The position numbers and the translations under genes are program-made. The notes beneath the pieces are model-generated. The model was not told the DNA's origin and searched no databases. It worked only from the letters and a program-made list of their open reading frames with translations. From Octopus vulgaris (lineage: Eukaryota), in the NCBI GenBank assembly GCA_951406725.2, contig OX597821.1:31310001-31374000 (forward strand): DNA of 64,000 nt. The letters run 5' to 3'. This document shows positions 25,033 to 40,850 of the stretch, in pieces. How positions within the stretch are numbered: the stretch's first letter is position 1; each line of letters opens with the position of its first letter.

Positions 25033-25939
25033 AAAATCTATATAGTAATAGGGATAATAAAAGACAGCTAACGACTTCCTTAATTTTGAAATCCTATGCA
25101 ATCTTAAACACCATTATATCATTAATATCACAAATTCAGCATTCCCAGGGAATTTCATAGTGTTGTGAAACACTGAGTTTCTCGATAAAATCACATGAAT
25201 TTTAGACAGAAGTATATTCATTGAAATATGCATTTATGTATATTAAATCTTTTATGTGTTTGCTGCATTATATTTAAAAGTTTTTATTTCCGTATTTTAT
25301 GAATGCTACAGTTACAAAATTTTGGATGCAAGATATAATGGATATTTTTAAAAGTAGCTGTTTGTACAAATAGTCATAATTGATAATGCTTCTGAATTAA
25401 TACACTGTTTAAGTATTTTACGTTGCACAACATAAAACGGGTCTTTTTGAAGGATCCGTTCTATTCACATCGCAACCAATTGAAAAGCAATAATAACCAG
25501 TCTTTTTAACATCTGTACATAGCAATAAATACCAGATGGAACCAAGGGTTAGTCGACATTTGAAAATTGGTGATAGCATATACTAATGTTTATTGTAGCA
25601 AATCATTTGTTCCAAATGATTCTATTAGTAACATTATTGACTGTAAAGGTATAATACCTATGCTTTTTCTTGCGGTGGAATTTTATAAATTCTTTCCGAA
25701 TATGCTTTAATTCATGAGTTGATATATCATTCTCGTGATAACCACATACACTTTACTTTCCAAATCTATTAGGATAGCCATGGTTGAAATTATATTTAGT
25801 TTGGGACATCTTATATGTTCTAAGGCATAGATATTGCAGGATTGGGTCTTATACCAGATAAGACCACATTCGCATAGACTCCAAAATGCACACGTTCAAA
25901 CACACAAGCATATATATATGTACGTATATATGTATATCA

Positions 25940-26775
25940 GAGACGAGACCAAATTGTAAGTACGCCACCATATTTTAAATATAAAAATATACAAAAATAG
26001 GACAAGATCGCAAAACATCCAGACTGTTAGGTGAAAAAAAAAAGGATAGCAAAATATACAGACATACGATACAAGGAAAAGAAGGACGGATCATTCGGAG
26101 TTTTCTATCCATATTCGAGTTCCAGATTTTCTCTGCAATTTCGGCTGGTTATACTCGAGATTGCTCCAATCTGGCCAGCCCCAGGAAACAAAAAGCAAAG
26201 AGCATTACATTCCTTGGGAACAAAAACGAAAATTGTTACACACATACAAATAACAGGGCATAACAACAGGTGTCTTTCGACTGAGTACGAATTACATTAA
26301 CCTGTCGTGCGTAGAAGTAAAGCCTTACGACAGGGACATAGGCTTTAAGAAGCACAGGAAGGAATATAAATGTTGCACGGACAGTAGTCCAACCAAGAAA
26401 TGTCTGGCCCGGCCAAACACCAGTCACGTGGGGAGAGAAGAGAAAGTAGTAGAGGGATAGAAGAATTAAGAAGGGACGACAGAAAAACGAATGAGACACG
26501 ATGAAGTGGAAGAGGAAAACTGAGCATGAAGAAAAGTCCTATTCTTTTATTCTTTCCCTCTTTCTATCAGCCCTTTCACATTCATTCTACTCTTCGTTCC
26601 TTCGTTCCCTTCTCTCACATTCCCTGGCCTTCTCTTCATGCTCACTTTCCCTCTTTCACTTCATTGTGTCTCTTTCACTTTTCCCCCGCCTCTTCTTAAT
26701 TCTTCTATTCCTCTACTTCTCTTGCTTCACTCCACATGTGACCGTTGTTTGGCCAGGCCTGACCTTTCTTTCTTG
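25940..26775. mobile_element. PLE-like non-coding remnant with internal inversion
   Basis: 26395-26537 is a diverged reverse complement of 26630-26770; TA-rich flanks; minus GGCTGG...CCAGCC GAAA stem resembling HHR stem II. Confidence 0.55.
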
Positions 26776-26789
26776 TATATATACTTCTA

Positions 26790-27125
26790 TTCGCTTACTT
26801 GTTTCCGACATTTGCCAGCAGCCATGCTGATGCGCTACTTTGATGGGTTTTCATCCAGCAAATCGACCTCAGGACTTATTTTTTATGCCCAGTACTTAGT
26901 CTATCCTTACACACACCGGTTGCCAAGCGATGATGCGAGAGACAAACACAGACACAAACACACACACATACACACACTTATATATACGAGGGGCTTTTTC
27001 ATATTCCTTATTACAAATCCACTCACAAAGTTTTGCTCAGCCACAGGCTGTTATATTAGAAGACGCTTGACTAAAATGTCACGCAGTGCGATTGAACCCG
27101 GAACCATCTCTTTGGGAAGCAGCTA
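26790..27125 (-). mobile_element. SINE family A, diverged
   Basis: GCCATGCTG, AAATCGACC, AAATCCACTCACAA, GAACCCGGAACCAT. Confidence 0.8.
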
Positions 27126-27639
27126 ACCAGTGTTTGGGCACAAGCGATCTTTAGGTGTAATAAGAAATGTGTGTGACATATTTCAACTGCTAAGGGCAAA
27201 TTCACTACAGATACCACGGAGAAGAAATACAACATATTTACCCAGTGCTATGCCATTATTGGACCCAAAGAAATCGTTTTAGCTGTTTAGCTGTTATCAA
27301 CTACATTATGAATAAAGACTGCTTCCCGCTGATACAGCTTAATATATTTTGCGTTGGCGGTCCCACGTCGCTTATAAGTCAATGTTCTTAAATTCCCTTT
27401 AGCTAAAGCAATGGCTTTAAAATCTGTTCTGTTTTACATTTCTACGATATTTCCCATTGCTCACGAGTAAGGAGATCGGAATGCGTTTGAGAAAACGAAG
27501 GGGGACACCACGGAGAAAATTATGCTGCTTTTACATTTTTTTTTTACCTTAAGACGATTTTTTTTTATTCATGGTAACTGCAGTGAATTTAACTTTAAAA
27601 ATTGAAGTAAGTCACAAACATACTTTAACTCACCAAAAA

Positions 27640-28155
27640 TTCATTTATGCCTACACAGATATGGAGAACATCTGGAAGAGTCGCGGCGTGTCAATAATGC
27701 TGAAAAACAAGGCTATTTCGCGCTGCCGCTTTTTCTATTGCGACGTACGGCTGCGAGTCGTGGACAATGTTGAAGGCAGACGAGAAAAGAGTGAGCGTTT
27801 TGAAATGTGGTGTTACCGCAGAATCCTTAGAGTGTCGTGGACAGAGAGAAGACAGGAACAACTGGACGAATAGCAAAGCTCGGTTGCGAGATGACGCTTC
27901 GGCGAAAAATCCTGAAGCGGAAGCTACGGTTCTTTGGCCACTTCATGCGCCGGGATGGACTTGGGCGAACCATCATAACTGGCAAGGTGAGCGGCAAACG
28001 TAAAAGAGGCAGACCACCCACGTCTTGGCTGAAAGACATCGCAACCACAGGATTGTCCTTATTCTCAGCTGTCGATGGGGTAGAGGACAGGGGAAGGTGC
28101 AAAGACATCGTGATGACCACAGCATCGCATAGTGCGACATCTGAATAGGATGATG

Positions 28156-28158
<3 letters not shown>
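27640..28158 (+). mobile_element. RTE-clade LINE, 5'-truncated 3' end
   Basis: YGCESWT, FEMWCYRRILRVSWTE, RKLRFFGHFMRRDGL...GKVSGKRKRGRP..SW; (GAT)n tail. Confidence 0.92.
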
Positions 28159-28253
<95 letters not shown>

Positions 28254-28315
28254 CATACATATCTATATGCATTCACACATATATATATATGATTGATTGA
28301 TTGATTTTATTTTCG

Positions 28316-28430
<115 letters not shown>

Positions 28431-29907
28431 TATATTAATTTACGTACTTGCATTTATGCGCACACAGACTTAAGCATGTATAAATTTACGTTATATGATT
28501 TCAATGTATATATGTGGAAACCAAGTACAAAATGTAAATGATGTCTCGAGCCTCCGTTGTAATTTCTCATAAATCAGTAATAATTGAAATCACTACTTTG
28601 TCAACCTAAGGAGCAGCTATATTGATTATTACAACATTTTACCAGTGTAGTGTTGATCTTGAAATAATTAAGTAGCTTGATCTGGTGAAAGTTGAATATA
28701 ATTTGTGCTATTTCTAGATAGTACAACAAGTAAGGGAAATATTCGGCGCTAGTAATATGCAGACACACAGTAAGACACGCGCGCGCGTGCACACACATGT
28801 GAATATGTATGCATGATGATATATATACATCTATGAAAACATATGTGTGTCTGGGGGTGTCTGGGGTGTTCTTTTGTTATATCATCTTTCATGCCTACCT
28901 CTGTGAGATATATATGCACACAGACATGCACACTTGCATAAACATACCTACTCATACGCACACACGAACATATATGTATATATACATATATATATGTATA
29001 TATATACATATATATTCTATTTTATGTATATATATATATTTGTATATATACATATCTATTCTATTTTATGCATATATATATATATGTGTGTGTGTGTGTG
29101 CGTGTGTGAGAGAGAATGTGTGTGTATAAATTGTAATAAGACTCAGTATATGTTGTTTTTGCTTAGCTATCACTTAATAGCGTTACAACCACACAAAAGT
29201 ATACTGAATGTTTATATACGCATATATATGTATAAGTATGCATGCACTTTTATATATACAAACACACATATACGTGCTCGTGCGTGTGTGCATGCATGTG
29301 TATATATACAAGACCAGCATGATATGTTATCCATCGTAGTGTCGCGCCGTTCTAATGAGCATGTGAACATGCCACTGGCAATTTTAACTACTGCGTTTAA
29401 AAGCGCAATCATGTTACATTTCAATAATTAGAAAAGATTTCAATTGAGAAATATATACAATTACATGATTTATAACTAATCATCGTGACTTCTCACTTTG
29501 AGATATATTAAAAGCTCACCATAGCCATTTGTCATCATTGCCTTTTACAAGTTTGATGAATGTCAAAATGTCATGTTACCTGATAAGATTTTAGTTTTCT
29601 GGTTTTATTATTGGCAGCGCAAACGCACATCCCTCCCCACTCTACACTATAACATTTCACACAATGAAGGAAACAAGAGTACAGACATAGGTACACACAT
29701 TCGCACACGCATACACACAAATAGATATATTTATAGGAGGTATATGTACATTCAGAGAAAGAGCAGTGGATGGATACGTAGGTAGATAATTAAGTAAGTA
29801 CCTGCAAGCACACAAAAGCATACATACATTTATAATCACACACGCACATGTAGATACACGGATATGTACCGATTGCATTATATGTGTATATATATACATA
29901 TATATTT

Positions 29908-30452
<545 letters not shown>

Positions 30453-31379
30453 ATATCTATTAAATACCAAGAATATGCCAGAATCGCCATTTCAATTACG
30501 TCCCATCTCTCATATATATTAACTTTCAAAATATCGAACTCAAATTCATAGTTAATGGAGCACACAAGTTTATTGATGGACGATTGACATGGATTGTCAT
30601 CATACCAAACGCTTCATAGCACATACGAGTGAAAGGTTCCTGCAATGTGATATTAATTCTGTGTACTGCAGTTTAATGCCTATACATGAAGCTGAGGTTT
30701 TTCTGAAGTATGGTACTTTCAAGGGAGTTGAAAGCAACATGCAAGAGAAAACCACGACAAAATAATCCATTGAAATGAAATATGTAGAAGGTTAAAATTG
30801 TTTACGTTATAATTATACTAACAAAAGGTCGAGTGTAAAATTTTCATTTGAAAGAGAAAGCAAAACAAGGAATGAGTTTGCATAAGTTAATTGGTACAGT
30901 AACCTTTAAAATATGACATAAGTGATAGCGATATGTGTCTGTGTATGTGTTTCTCTCTATATATAAACACATAAGTATACACACGTGGCCATCTATTAGG
31001 AATCTCAGACATCGAATTTTCGAATCTTTTTCTGTTACTCTTGTCATGGAGGTATACACAAGAGAGGTAACTGTAAACGAACTTAATAAAACTTCAGCTT
31101 AATATATAATTCAGTCAACGCGTCGTCTGATTTGAGCCCTCTTGGGTATATCTCATTGACAAGAGTCAAAAAACTTGAAACATCGATGTCTGAGATTCCT
31201 AACATATGGCGACACGGAACCAATTGGGTGTTTCAATGCCTTTTTAGCAAAAGAGATGTTATTTATCTACGGTAACCGCAGTGTATTTGCCTTTTAGGTT
31301 AGTAGAAATATGTTTGTCACCTATTTCAACTAACCTCATTTCTGCTCCTACCTAAACAGTGCTTTGCGCCAATGCTCCC

Positions 31380-31500
31380 TTATATATATATATATATATA
31401 TATATAGATAGATAGATTGATAGATTGATAGATAGATAGATAAATAGATAGATAGATAGAGAGAGAGAGAGATAAATAAATAGATAGTTAGATATCGATA
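31380..31500. repeat. (TA)n/(GATA)n microsatellite
   Basis: Direct inspection. Confidence 0.95.
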
Positions 31501-32069
31501 TATACATACGTACATATATACATACATACATACATAAATAATTAGACGCAATTATTCAGATAAAGAAATTAGATATATTAAAAAACAGTTTGTGTGTGAA
31601 ATAAAAAATGTCTATATATGTATAGTTTCGTGGCTAAGTGGCGCGCACTTCGAACATATAGTCATGCTGCAAATAACATTTTCAAAAAATACTACAATGG
31701 GTGTTTGATTCATGATTTTTTAAATTCTTTTATAGGAAATAAATCATATGTACTATGCCCTCATGTAACGTATAGCCATTCCAAGAATGCTAAGTGACAA
31801 AGAATATATTTATGAGTATTTGTTTTCATATTTTCATATATTGAAATTGCGACTATCAAATCAGCAGCTATGTAGGATCGACTATCTACAAAGTACTTGG
31901 AAAGATTTTCCTTTTTCTTGTATTGTGTTCATGCTCTATAGGGAATGTTTTAAATGCAGATTTATGTAAAAGAATATTAACAAAATATAAGCCTATATAT
32001 TTAACTACGCAATTTTGTATTCATTATGAAAGAACGTATGTAACAATATAGGGAGCTATATACCCTACA

Positions 32070-32163
<94 letters not shown>

Positions 32164-32179
32164 TGTATATCTATCTATA

Positions 32180-32218
<39 letters not shown>

Positions 32219-32509
32219 GCAATCTCACGCAGGCTCACACATAACACATAACATATACATATAAAATGTTTTCTCATATAAAGTAATAGCCTTATAACTT
32301 TTGCCTATTACATGCAGGAAATGACATCGTATGCATCGTATAGATTGCTTATTATGGGTGGAATTTTAAAGAATGACAATGTTTTCAAATTATGTATAAA
32401 ACCCTAGTGTAATTACAAATATTATTTAAAAATTGTAAAGCAAATAAATAACTTTACATTACTATATCAATTTCAGCGAGGGCAACACAAAATTAATATT
32501 TATTCTCAC

Positions 32510-32700
32510 TAAGGCACTGATCTGGTAGAATGATTAGCGGCATTTCATTCGTGTGTGAATCCTTAGTCTAAAATCTGCTGTGGTCGTATGACATTCCAGT
32601 CATCTGTTTTTGATAAAATTAATTATTTGATGAGCGGTAGGGTCGATATGACCGGCTCATCACCTCCGAAATTGATGGCCTTGTGCCAAAATTCGAAAGC
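32510..32700 (+). mobile_element. SINE family B, highly decayed
   Basis: CTGGTAGAAT..TTAGCGGCATTTC...GGGTCGAT...GGCCTTGTGCCAAAATT. Confidence 0.55.
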
Positions 32701-33279
32701 AACATTAATTCTCACTATTCTGCCTTGTGTTTGATAACAATTGATGAATACGTAATTTGCATTCGTTCATAAGTGTCGACGCTAATTCAGGATAAGAGAC
32801 GATATCAATTGAATTGCATTTCATAATTAGATTATGTTGCTCATAAATGCATAACTTCTAAATCGCTCTAAGCTATATAATCATTATAGACAAACACACA
32901 TGCATATTGACATAAATACATACATACATACACACATAATTACATACATACATATATACATACATAAATACATACACACCAATCTTGAGAAATTAGTCTT
33001 CTGAAATTCAAAATAGAGAAAGCTGATTCGAAAACTACAGATTTAAGCCACCACTGGAACTGTAAAATCTGTGAAGTTTATGATTTAAGCATATATGAGC
33101 ATGTGTAGATATGCTAGGATATGAATACAAACAATAATATCTTGTTGATGTTGTTGGAATTCCAGTGAAGGAGACTTGGATGTAGGTCAGAAAACGGCTC
33201 TGACTCTGCTGGGAAGAAAGTTTCAAAGAAAACTAAATAATGACATACATACATGTATACGCCCACATATAGATATATA

Positions 33280-33512
33280 GAGGCGGCGAGCTGGCAGAAA
33301 CGTTAGCACGCCGAGCGAAATGCGTAGCCGTATTTCGTCTGCCGTTACGTTCTGAGTTCAAATTCCGCCGAGGTCGACTTTGCCTTTCATCCTTTCGGGG
33401 TCGATAAATTAAGTACCAGTTACGCACTGGGGTCGATGTAATCTACTTAATCCGTTTGTCTGTCCTTGTTTGTCCCCTCTGTGTTTAACCCATTGTGGGT
33501 AGTAAAGAAATA
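33280..33512 (+). mobile_element. SINE family B (tRNA-like head, Meta-SINE-like core), young full-length
   Basis: GGCGGCGAGCTGGCAGAAACG, B box GAGTTCAAATTCC, GCCTTTCATCCTTTCGGGGTCGATAAA..AGTACC. Confidence 0.92.
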
Positions 33513-34143
33513 TATAGATATATAGATTAATAGACAGATAGATATAAATCACGAGCATGTGACTGTATAACGAAGTCAGGGCCTCTTGCAAGGAACCCGG
33601 CGTTTTAAGCAGTGCCGTTCTTTTTCTTCGACTCTATTCTTTGCAGATCACTCTCAGCCAGAACAGTAGCACCAGTTATTATAAATTAGCGACAGGACGA
33701 CAGTGCAGTTAGCCCACTGAGTCTCAGAGAGTCCCTGGTCTGTGTTGAGCTATCTGTCATGGAGAATATTATCTCCTATATAAAACCGGCGGCACTTCTA
33801 TGTTTTATATATTACAATTTGCATATTTCAGTACTTATTAGTATTGCAAGAGACAGATGTTGTGTTTGCATGTTGCACCTCTATCGAATCGTCTAAAGAG
33901 CTTTGTGTGAATGTATGTATGTAAATATATATATATATATGTATTGAATAGATAGAGAGGGACAATATCTCGAGGCGAGTACAGTAACGTTCAAGCACTG
34001 AATTATAATTCGAGTTTATTGCTCACGGTATCGAGTAGTAAGGGACATTAGGCTGTATAATGGATTGAAAGAAAAAATAAACAGTATGCAGATGTATTAT
34101 TCTCCGTATTTATTGTAATTGTCATACATACATACTTATATAC

Positions 34144-34182
<39 letters not shown>

Positions 34183-34225
34183 CACTACATACACACACAC
34201 ACAAACACAAACAAACACACACACG

Positions 34226-34299
<74 letters not shown>

Positions 34300-36756
34300 T
34301 ATATTATATTATATTTCAATATATATATATATATATATATATCACTTTCGCTCTGCACTGTTTCTGGAAGTACTCTACTCAATACACCTGGTCGATAATT
34401 TTGGCAGACTAGCTTGAGGATTAACAACTGGCTACCGCACAGGACTAGAACATATGCCTGTATTTAAGATTTCAGTCTTGACGTTTAGCATTGTTTTGCA
34501 ATACTTCTAGTCGTAACCTTACTTAACAAACAGGTGTTATATGCAAAATATGTTTGTGAATTTTGGTTCTGCTATCCCCAAAACTTGTGTTCATAATTAT
34601 TTAAGTAATTTACTACCATGTTAAACAAAGTTTTCAAGAATTTAATTACAAGTAGGAATTTATACATTTTTAAAATCCAATGCTCTGATTATTTCACTTT
34701 AAACAGTTCTCTCTGTAACGCAGCAATAAATCTGGTAAGGTGTGTCATCTTCAATATCATCAAGTATATTTACACTAAATAACCATACCGAACATTCTAA
34801 GTGTAATATATAAATTAGAAACTTGCAATTTATTTTCCGTACTTGTAATATATTTTACATTGGTTAGCGCCTATATCTTGAAGAAAGTGTCGTCAGAGTA
34901 TGCCAGTTGTTTTCGTTCTATAGATTATGTAGAGTATCTTTATCCATCTTTAGATTTTATACGTAGATAAATAGATTAACTGCGTTGCACACTACCTTGA
35001 AATTAATTTAGATAATCATAAGCCAATGAAAAGAAATAAAGCATTCTGTTTGGGGTTTTTTTGAAAGCTTATTCAAGGAATTACGTAAATACTTTCGTAG
35101 TGTTTTTTTTTCTCCTTCAACAGAATGTTACCTGAAAAGTAATCTTACTCATCCGCTGTGTTTCTGTTCTCATGTTAGAATGGCTTCACGTGAGATTTTG
35201 TCAGCAACTACTTTCCTATCCTCAAACAAATATTCAATTGTTTCCAGTACTCCGGAGAGTAATAATGATAAGATGTAATAATGATAATATGTTCTAACAT
35301 TTATCATACTTCACATCAATTTTGTTGATTCCTCCCATAGAGTAACATTAATTACGAACTGTTGTGTAACGTTGCTGTTTCTAGCCATATAGATATGCTT
35401 ATGGAACACCTTTGTTCGGTAAGCATTAATATACACTACAAAACACTCAGCCGGTTTCCCACTCAGGATAGATAATTTACATCTTACCTCTTAACAGCAG
35501 TGAAATACAAATTCAGTTTCACCACTGAGAAAATTACAGAGGAAAACAGTTGACGGCTTCAATATGCAGGATGTGCTTTTGCACGAAATTTTACTTGCAC
35601 TTTATCTAAATTGCGATACAAAAGCTAATCTCTCAATTTCCTGATGAATTGTAGTAATTATGAATGTAAATTTACTTCAATTTCAAAACCGTGTTTCATT
35701 TTTAATTAGACCTGACTAAGAATGGGCTAGAATTTCCAGGATTCCGAAATGTTTACTATTTTGAATGTCATTGATTAGCTGGGGATAAATCACGCAACAC
35801 AAGTCACATTTTCCCATTAAATATAAATCGAGTTTAATAATTGTTTAATAATTTCAGTCATGAATACTTTATGAGACATTAGAAGAATCCAACTATATCT
35901 TCTTAACCTCTTCTCCAACTTACACATGCTACATATCTGTTCATTCCTCCTGTGTTGATGTCATACACCAGAAACCTTTTCAAAGATTTTCGCCATCTCC
36001 CCTCATTGTGCAGACGTTGAGCCATTGTAATCAGAGAAATAATCAAAACAGAAGACATGCGTTACAGGGCTAACTACAGAGCGATTTTGGCTCCCTAATC
36101 CTTCATTCGTGATTCTGTCATTAACAATACATATTGTTGCTATGGGTATTCGTGTGCGGATGCGTATATATGTGTGTGCATGTGTATGTGTGTACATGCA
36201 TGTGTGTGTGTGTGTATACGTGCGTGTGTATTTGCATGGGTGCGTGAGTATTTGCGTGTTCGTGTACAGAGCTCCCGCCCAGCTAAAATGTCTGTGCTCT
36301 TTTCAGACTGGGGAATGTTGAGCAATTCACAATAGAGATACAATTTGTTATCAATTCGTTTTCTTATGAATCCTGTCTTGTACACTTCTGTTTTGTTTTA
36401 ATAACAGCTGCTTCTGTTTGTTTTCACTTCACTTGAAACTCGTATTGGAAAAATACTATCAGGTATGTAATTGTACGTAGTAAGGATATCACTTGAGACA
36501 TAATGTTTTTTTTGTGTGTTATATAGTCGGTTTATTTTTCTTTTTTCAAGTAATACATATATGTTAATCGTAGTAATTTATATATTTTCCCACCACTTTC
36601 GTTACGTTTAGTTTTTCTCACAATAGTCTCTAGTTAACCCTCTTCTCTAGTATAAACAGATGTATATTGACAGCCGTTTGAAAAGCATAAATAAGATAGG
36701 ATTGTCATTTGAACTGCGATCCCTGATATTAAAGTCTTTCACTCTTGCATTCTAAT

Positions 36757-38988
36757 AATTACCCCCGCCTTAGCGAGGGCGGATGCATTGTTGTTGAGTC
36801 GTGTTTCTGTGTTTGTTTGTTAGTCCGTCGACAGGATATCTCTAGACTCACTGGATGGATTCGGATGAAATTACCAGGGATGCTTGGTCTTGTGACTGGC
36901 ACAAACTGATTATATTTTGGGATCGATCCAGTACCCGACAAGGATTTCGGTTTTTTTTTTTATTTATTTTTGAGAGATACGGGTTCATTTTTAGTATACT
37001 CGTTTATGAGAGCATTCGAGTTAATTTAAGATATATTCATTTTAAAAAACAAACATCTCCGGCTAATCGATGAGAGTACGCCGGCGTTGTCGTTAGTGGT
37101 GCTTTTCGAATCATTTGATTCGGAGCTGTGTGAGAAGTGTGTTCACTCAATGTGGGTTTTGTTGTATTGTTAATTCACTGAATTGTTGAACTGGGTGAAG
37201 TTATGAGTAATACCCTCATGGAAAGTAAACCAGCGGGCAATTAACTTGCGGTGACTGTCAAGGGCGTGTCAGAAGATGTACAGCAGGTTCATGAAATCGA
37301 ATTAAGGGAGGAGAATTAAAATATATGTATATATATGTAATGGCTTGCTGAAGAGAGAGAGAGGGACAACCTGAGGTTGACGCCCCCTAAAGAAATATTT
37401 GGAAAAAAACTGAAAATAGGGCAATTATTTATAGAACGTTGAATGTGGTAACGAAAAAGTTGAAGTAGCAGCGGAGGAGGCGCTATAGGAATGTCTACGA
37501 GAGATAATGGATATAACGATATGTTGCACGAGAGGAAAGAAATACGGCTCAGTGGTGGTACGTTTCGTAAGCGAAGAAGAAGTGAGGAAATGGAAATGCT
37601 CCACAGTGCCTTTGGGATCAGACGAGTGGGCACTGCTACTTACCTACTGTGGAAAACGTGCAGCCAGAGTAAGAATAGCTAGGGTGCTCCCAGAAATTGA
37701 TGAGGCGTAGCTGGTGGCAGTCATCCTCTATAACACAGAGGAAGACAGGTATTGAAGATATCGAGAACGATGGAGGTGAACTGTTGGGGGTATGGACTGG
37801 AGGTGTCGGTCCATATAAGCCTGCCGGTACTCCACAAAATTGCGGATGAGCTTGTGCTACCAGACGAGGCAATATTATGAATTCTAGTGGAAGGGAGATA
37901 TCCGGTATGTTATTTATATGTAGTAAGGGGAGACATGAAAGTAAAGTGTTATCAGAAACACGAACAAGCGGAAGCGGAGAAGGAAAGTCAGGAAGAAGAG
38001 GGTGCAACAGCGGAGGAGGAGAATATTGGGAAAATAGGCAATGATAGAAACAAAGAGGAGTAATGTGGTATCCCCACATAAAATCCCGAAGAAGAAAAGA
38101 AGGGCAGAGGAAAACAAGAACGAGAAAAGAAGGAATGGGGAGCCAAGTGAGGAACGAACACATAGACAGTTGCCTTTAACTAGTAAGGAGGAAGAAGGAC
38201 GGAAGAAGAAGAGGCATAAAAGTGGGAAGAAAGGACGAACAGAGACAGGGATACCAGCAACAGAGGAAGAGAGTGGTGAGGAACAGCAGATAGTCGCCGA
38301 AGGGGAAATATGCAAGAACTATGAGAAGTTACAAAAATATTTTAGAGGAAGAAAAGAAAATTTCAAAAATGAAACATGTAATAAGGGTTAAAGAGGCTGA
38401 CAGTGAGTACAATTGAGATGAGAAAGCGGTGCTGTTGGAGGAAGAAACAGAAAGAAGGTTGCAGGAAATATTTGCCCACGGATGTGTAGTGAGAATGTGA
38501 AGGCCGTCGTGGTTTACAAGGACACCTACAATAGACTAAATGACGTGTGTGGAGAAGGGATTGACCCGCCAGAACTGATGGTAGAGTTCGATGAATTGGC
38601 ACCAGTAGTGAAGCTAAAAGATTTAAAACCTTTCATGAGATATTAAAAAGGTAAATAGTAAGTAAAATTGTTTTATTGAAAACAGAAGGAAAAAGTAAAA
38701 TTGTTTCATTTTAAAAAAGAGGAAAAAAACTAGATTAAGAAAAAGCCATTGCATAATAAAACCATTGTAAATAGTTTATATAAACATTCAAATGATACTA
38801 CATAGGACTGGGGCTCATGAAGCCATTTCATTTTTCATTTTTATATAACATCTCATTTACATTCGTTTTATGATTTTTGACCCCACTGTGGTATTGGCTG
38901 TTTTCGTAGTGTCTCCTCTGTGTTGTGGCCCTAGTGCCAAAATAAAGAAACATTGGTGGACGTTTGCACTCTATTAGTGCTCTTGTTA
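36757..38988. mobile_element. Non-autonomous DNA element (CryptonV- or Helentron/HINE-like) split by a nested insertion
   Basis: Left end ATTACCCCCGCC..(GTTT)n..GGATATCTC..GGATGGATTCGGATGAAATT; right end TTGGTGGACGTTTGCACTCT..AGTGCTCTTGTT. Confidence 0.6.
37110..38950 (+). mobile_element. Decayed ORF1/gag-like retroelement (L1/Tx1-like, apparently lacking RT)
   Basis: Higher-GC purine-rich segment with stop-ridden coding-like frames (CGKRAARVRIARVLPEIDEA; Lys/Glu-rich tract); 3' end TGTGGCCCTAGTGCCAAAATAAAGAAA. Confidence 0.45.
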
Positions 38989-40149
38989 CTTATATTACAC
39001 TACTGTTTGCAATATAGAACTTCTAAATATGGGGTTCTAACTTCTAGCATTAAATAATTAGAGATCTTTCAACGCTCTCCGAACCAATGGTATAACATTC
39101 AGATTTATCCTACATAAAATTCCGAGTCGTAAAATGCTCCTCGTATAACCGTCTGCTATGAAATAATATTTTACTTAAATATTTTATCGTAAAATATATA
39201 CCGTCGTATAATTTTCTAGATGCATGTGAAAACACATTTTAGATATATGATGCATGCGAAAATATATGCTGAAAATATATGATGCATGTCTAAGCATACC
39301 TTAAAAATATAAATATTTACCTTCTCCTTCACACTACCAAATACCAAATGTATTTTTATTAATTATACTTTACACTATAAGTATACGTGAATGTGTGTCT
39401 CAACACCATTTTACCTAAATATTTTTGCAGCTCTGTCATCAAGCTTAATTTGAGTTAAATTCTAAAATATAGACATTTGATTTTATCAGCCTTTAATAAT
39501 ATCTCCACAACTAGTCCATTAATTGACATAGAGGTTCTTTGTACTACCCATTATAAATTATTATTCTTTAGATGTATGTTTTAATTCAGATATATCAATT
39601 ACCATTTATGAATCATTAATTGTTAGATATATATATATGATAATTCCCTTTTTGACAAGGCAGCAATTATTCATATACTAGATCTTCCAAAATAAAAATA
39701 AATTACATTTTTATTGCATCTATTTCACAAGAATATTAACGATACGTATAAATAGATTCAACATTAACTTCCCTAAGTATTATAACTGATATCAATACTA
39801 GCTTAATTTTAATATAACACCTATCGATAGTCTTTTACATCGATCATCCTTAATCATCACGCTACAAGTGTTTAAATGCAATAAATTAATTTATACTCAT
39901 CTCCTCAAATACTTGAATTCTTGATTGTTGAAACTTTCAACAATCCGTGCTATATCAGGCCTGATACTACACCACAGGCTCATCTCCAAATGAACAGTGC
40001 TGAACGCAGGAATTTTGCTCACTTTACTTGTCTTGCTCTTACAATCATTCCTTTTCCCATTTCCGCTATTTAACAAGTTATTTCATTTTACTTCTGATAA
40101 GTGATCATCAGCTGCTGTTGTTACGAAGTTGTTTGTTTTCATATAACAA

Positions 40150-40400
40150 ATGTTATACAAATGCAGTCGTCCATGCTTTCCAGCCTATCTTCGCCACGCC
40201 ATGGATGTTACCCAAGGGAAAGGTAAACAACGATGCATTTTGCCTCAATTGGCATCGCACCTCACTTCTACAGACGAATGACCTGGAGGGACGTGAAATA
40301 AAGTATTTTGCTCAAGAACATAACACACATCCCTGTCCGATAATCGAACTCACTACCTCATGATTGTGAGCCCTACGGTCTAACTACTGAGCTATGCGCA
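40150..40400 (-). mobile_element. Old tRNA-derived SINE
   Basis: Minus strand GCGCATAGCTCAGTAGTTAGA...GAGTTCGATT...TTCTTGAGCAA. Confidence 0.7.
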
Positions 40401-40591
40401 TTATATTCGAATACGTCACCTTGTTAGCCTGTTGCTTAGTTATATTCGAGTTGTTCCTAAATTAGTTACCTGCCATGTAATGAAGACGTTGATGAAAGGA
40501 ACAAGGAATTCAGTTAACTGCAGCAATATGCACGGTTGTGTGTAATGAAGAGTGAAAAAGTCCTTTCAGCTCCAGAAACATAACCTTCATA

Positions 40592-40819
40592 TACTCTTTT
40601 TACTCTCTTTTACTCTTTTACTTGTTTCAGTCATTTGACTGCGGCCATGCTGGAGCACCACCTTTAGTCGAGCAAATCGACCCCGGGACTTATTCTTTGT
40701 AAGCCCAGTACTTATTCTATCGGTCTCTTTTGCCGAACCGCTAAGTGACGGGGACGTAAACACACCAGCATCGGTTGTCAAGCAATGCTAAGGGGACAAA
40801 CACAGACACACAAACACAT

Positions 40820-40850
<31 letters not shown>

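Noticed and set aside
33550-33800. Higher-GC unique segment with TATAAAA at ~33779
   Set aside because: Promoter function cannot be supported from a TATA-like motif in AT-rich DNA
35640-35680. Isolated CTGATGA boxes (also near 15585, 16095 and 62128)
   Set aside because: No correctly placed stem II, GAAA and stem I; not hammerheads
39215-39300. Three ~31-bp repeats of GATGCATG..AAAA
   Set aside because: Short degenerate minisatellite; no unique spacers or cas genes, so not CRISPR
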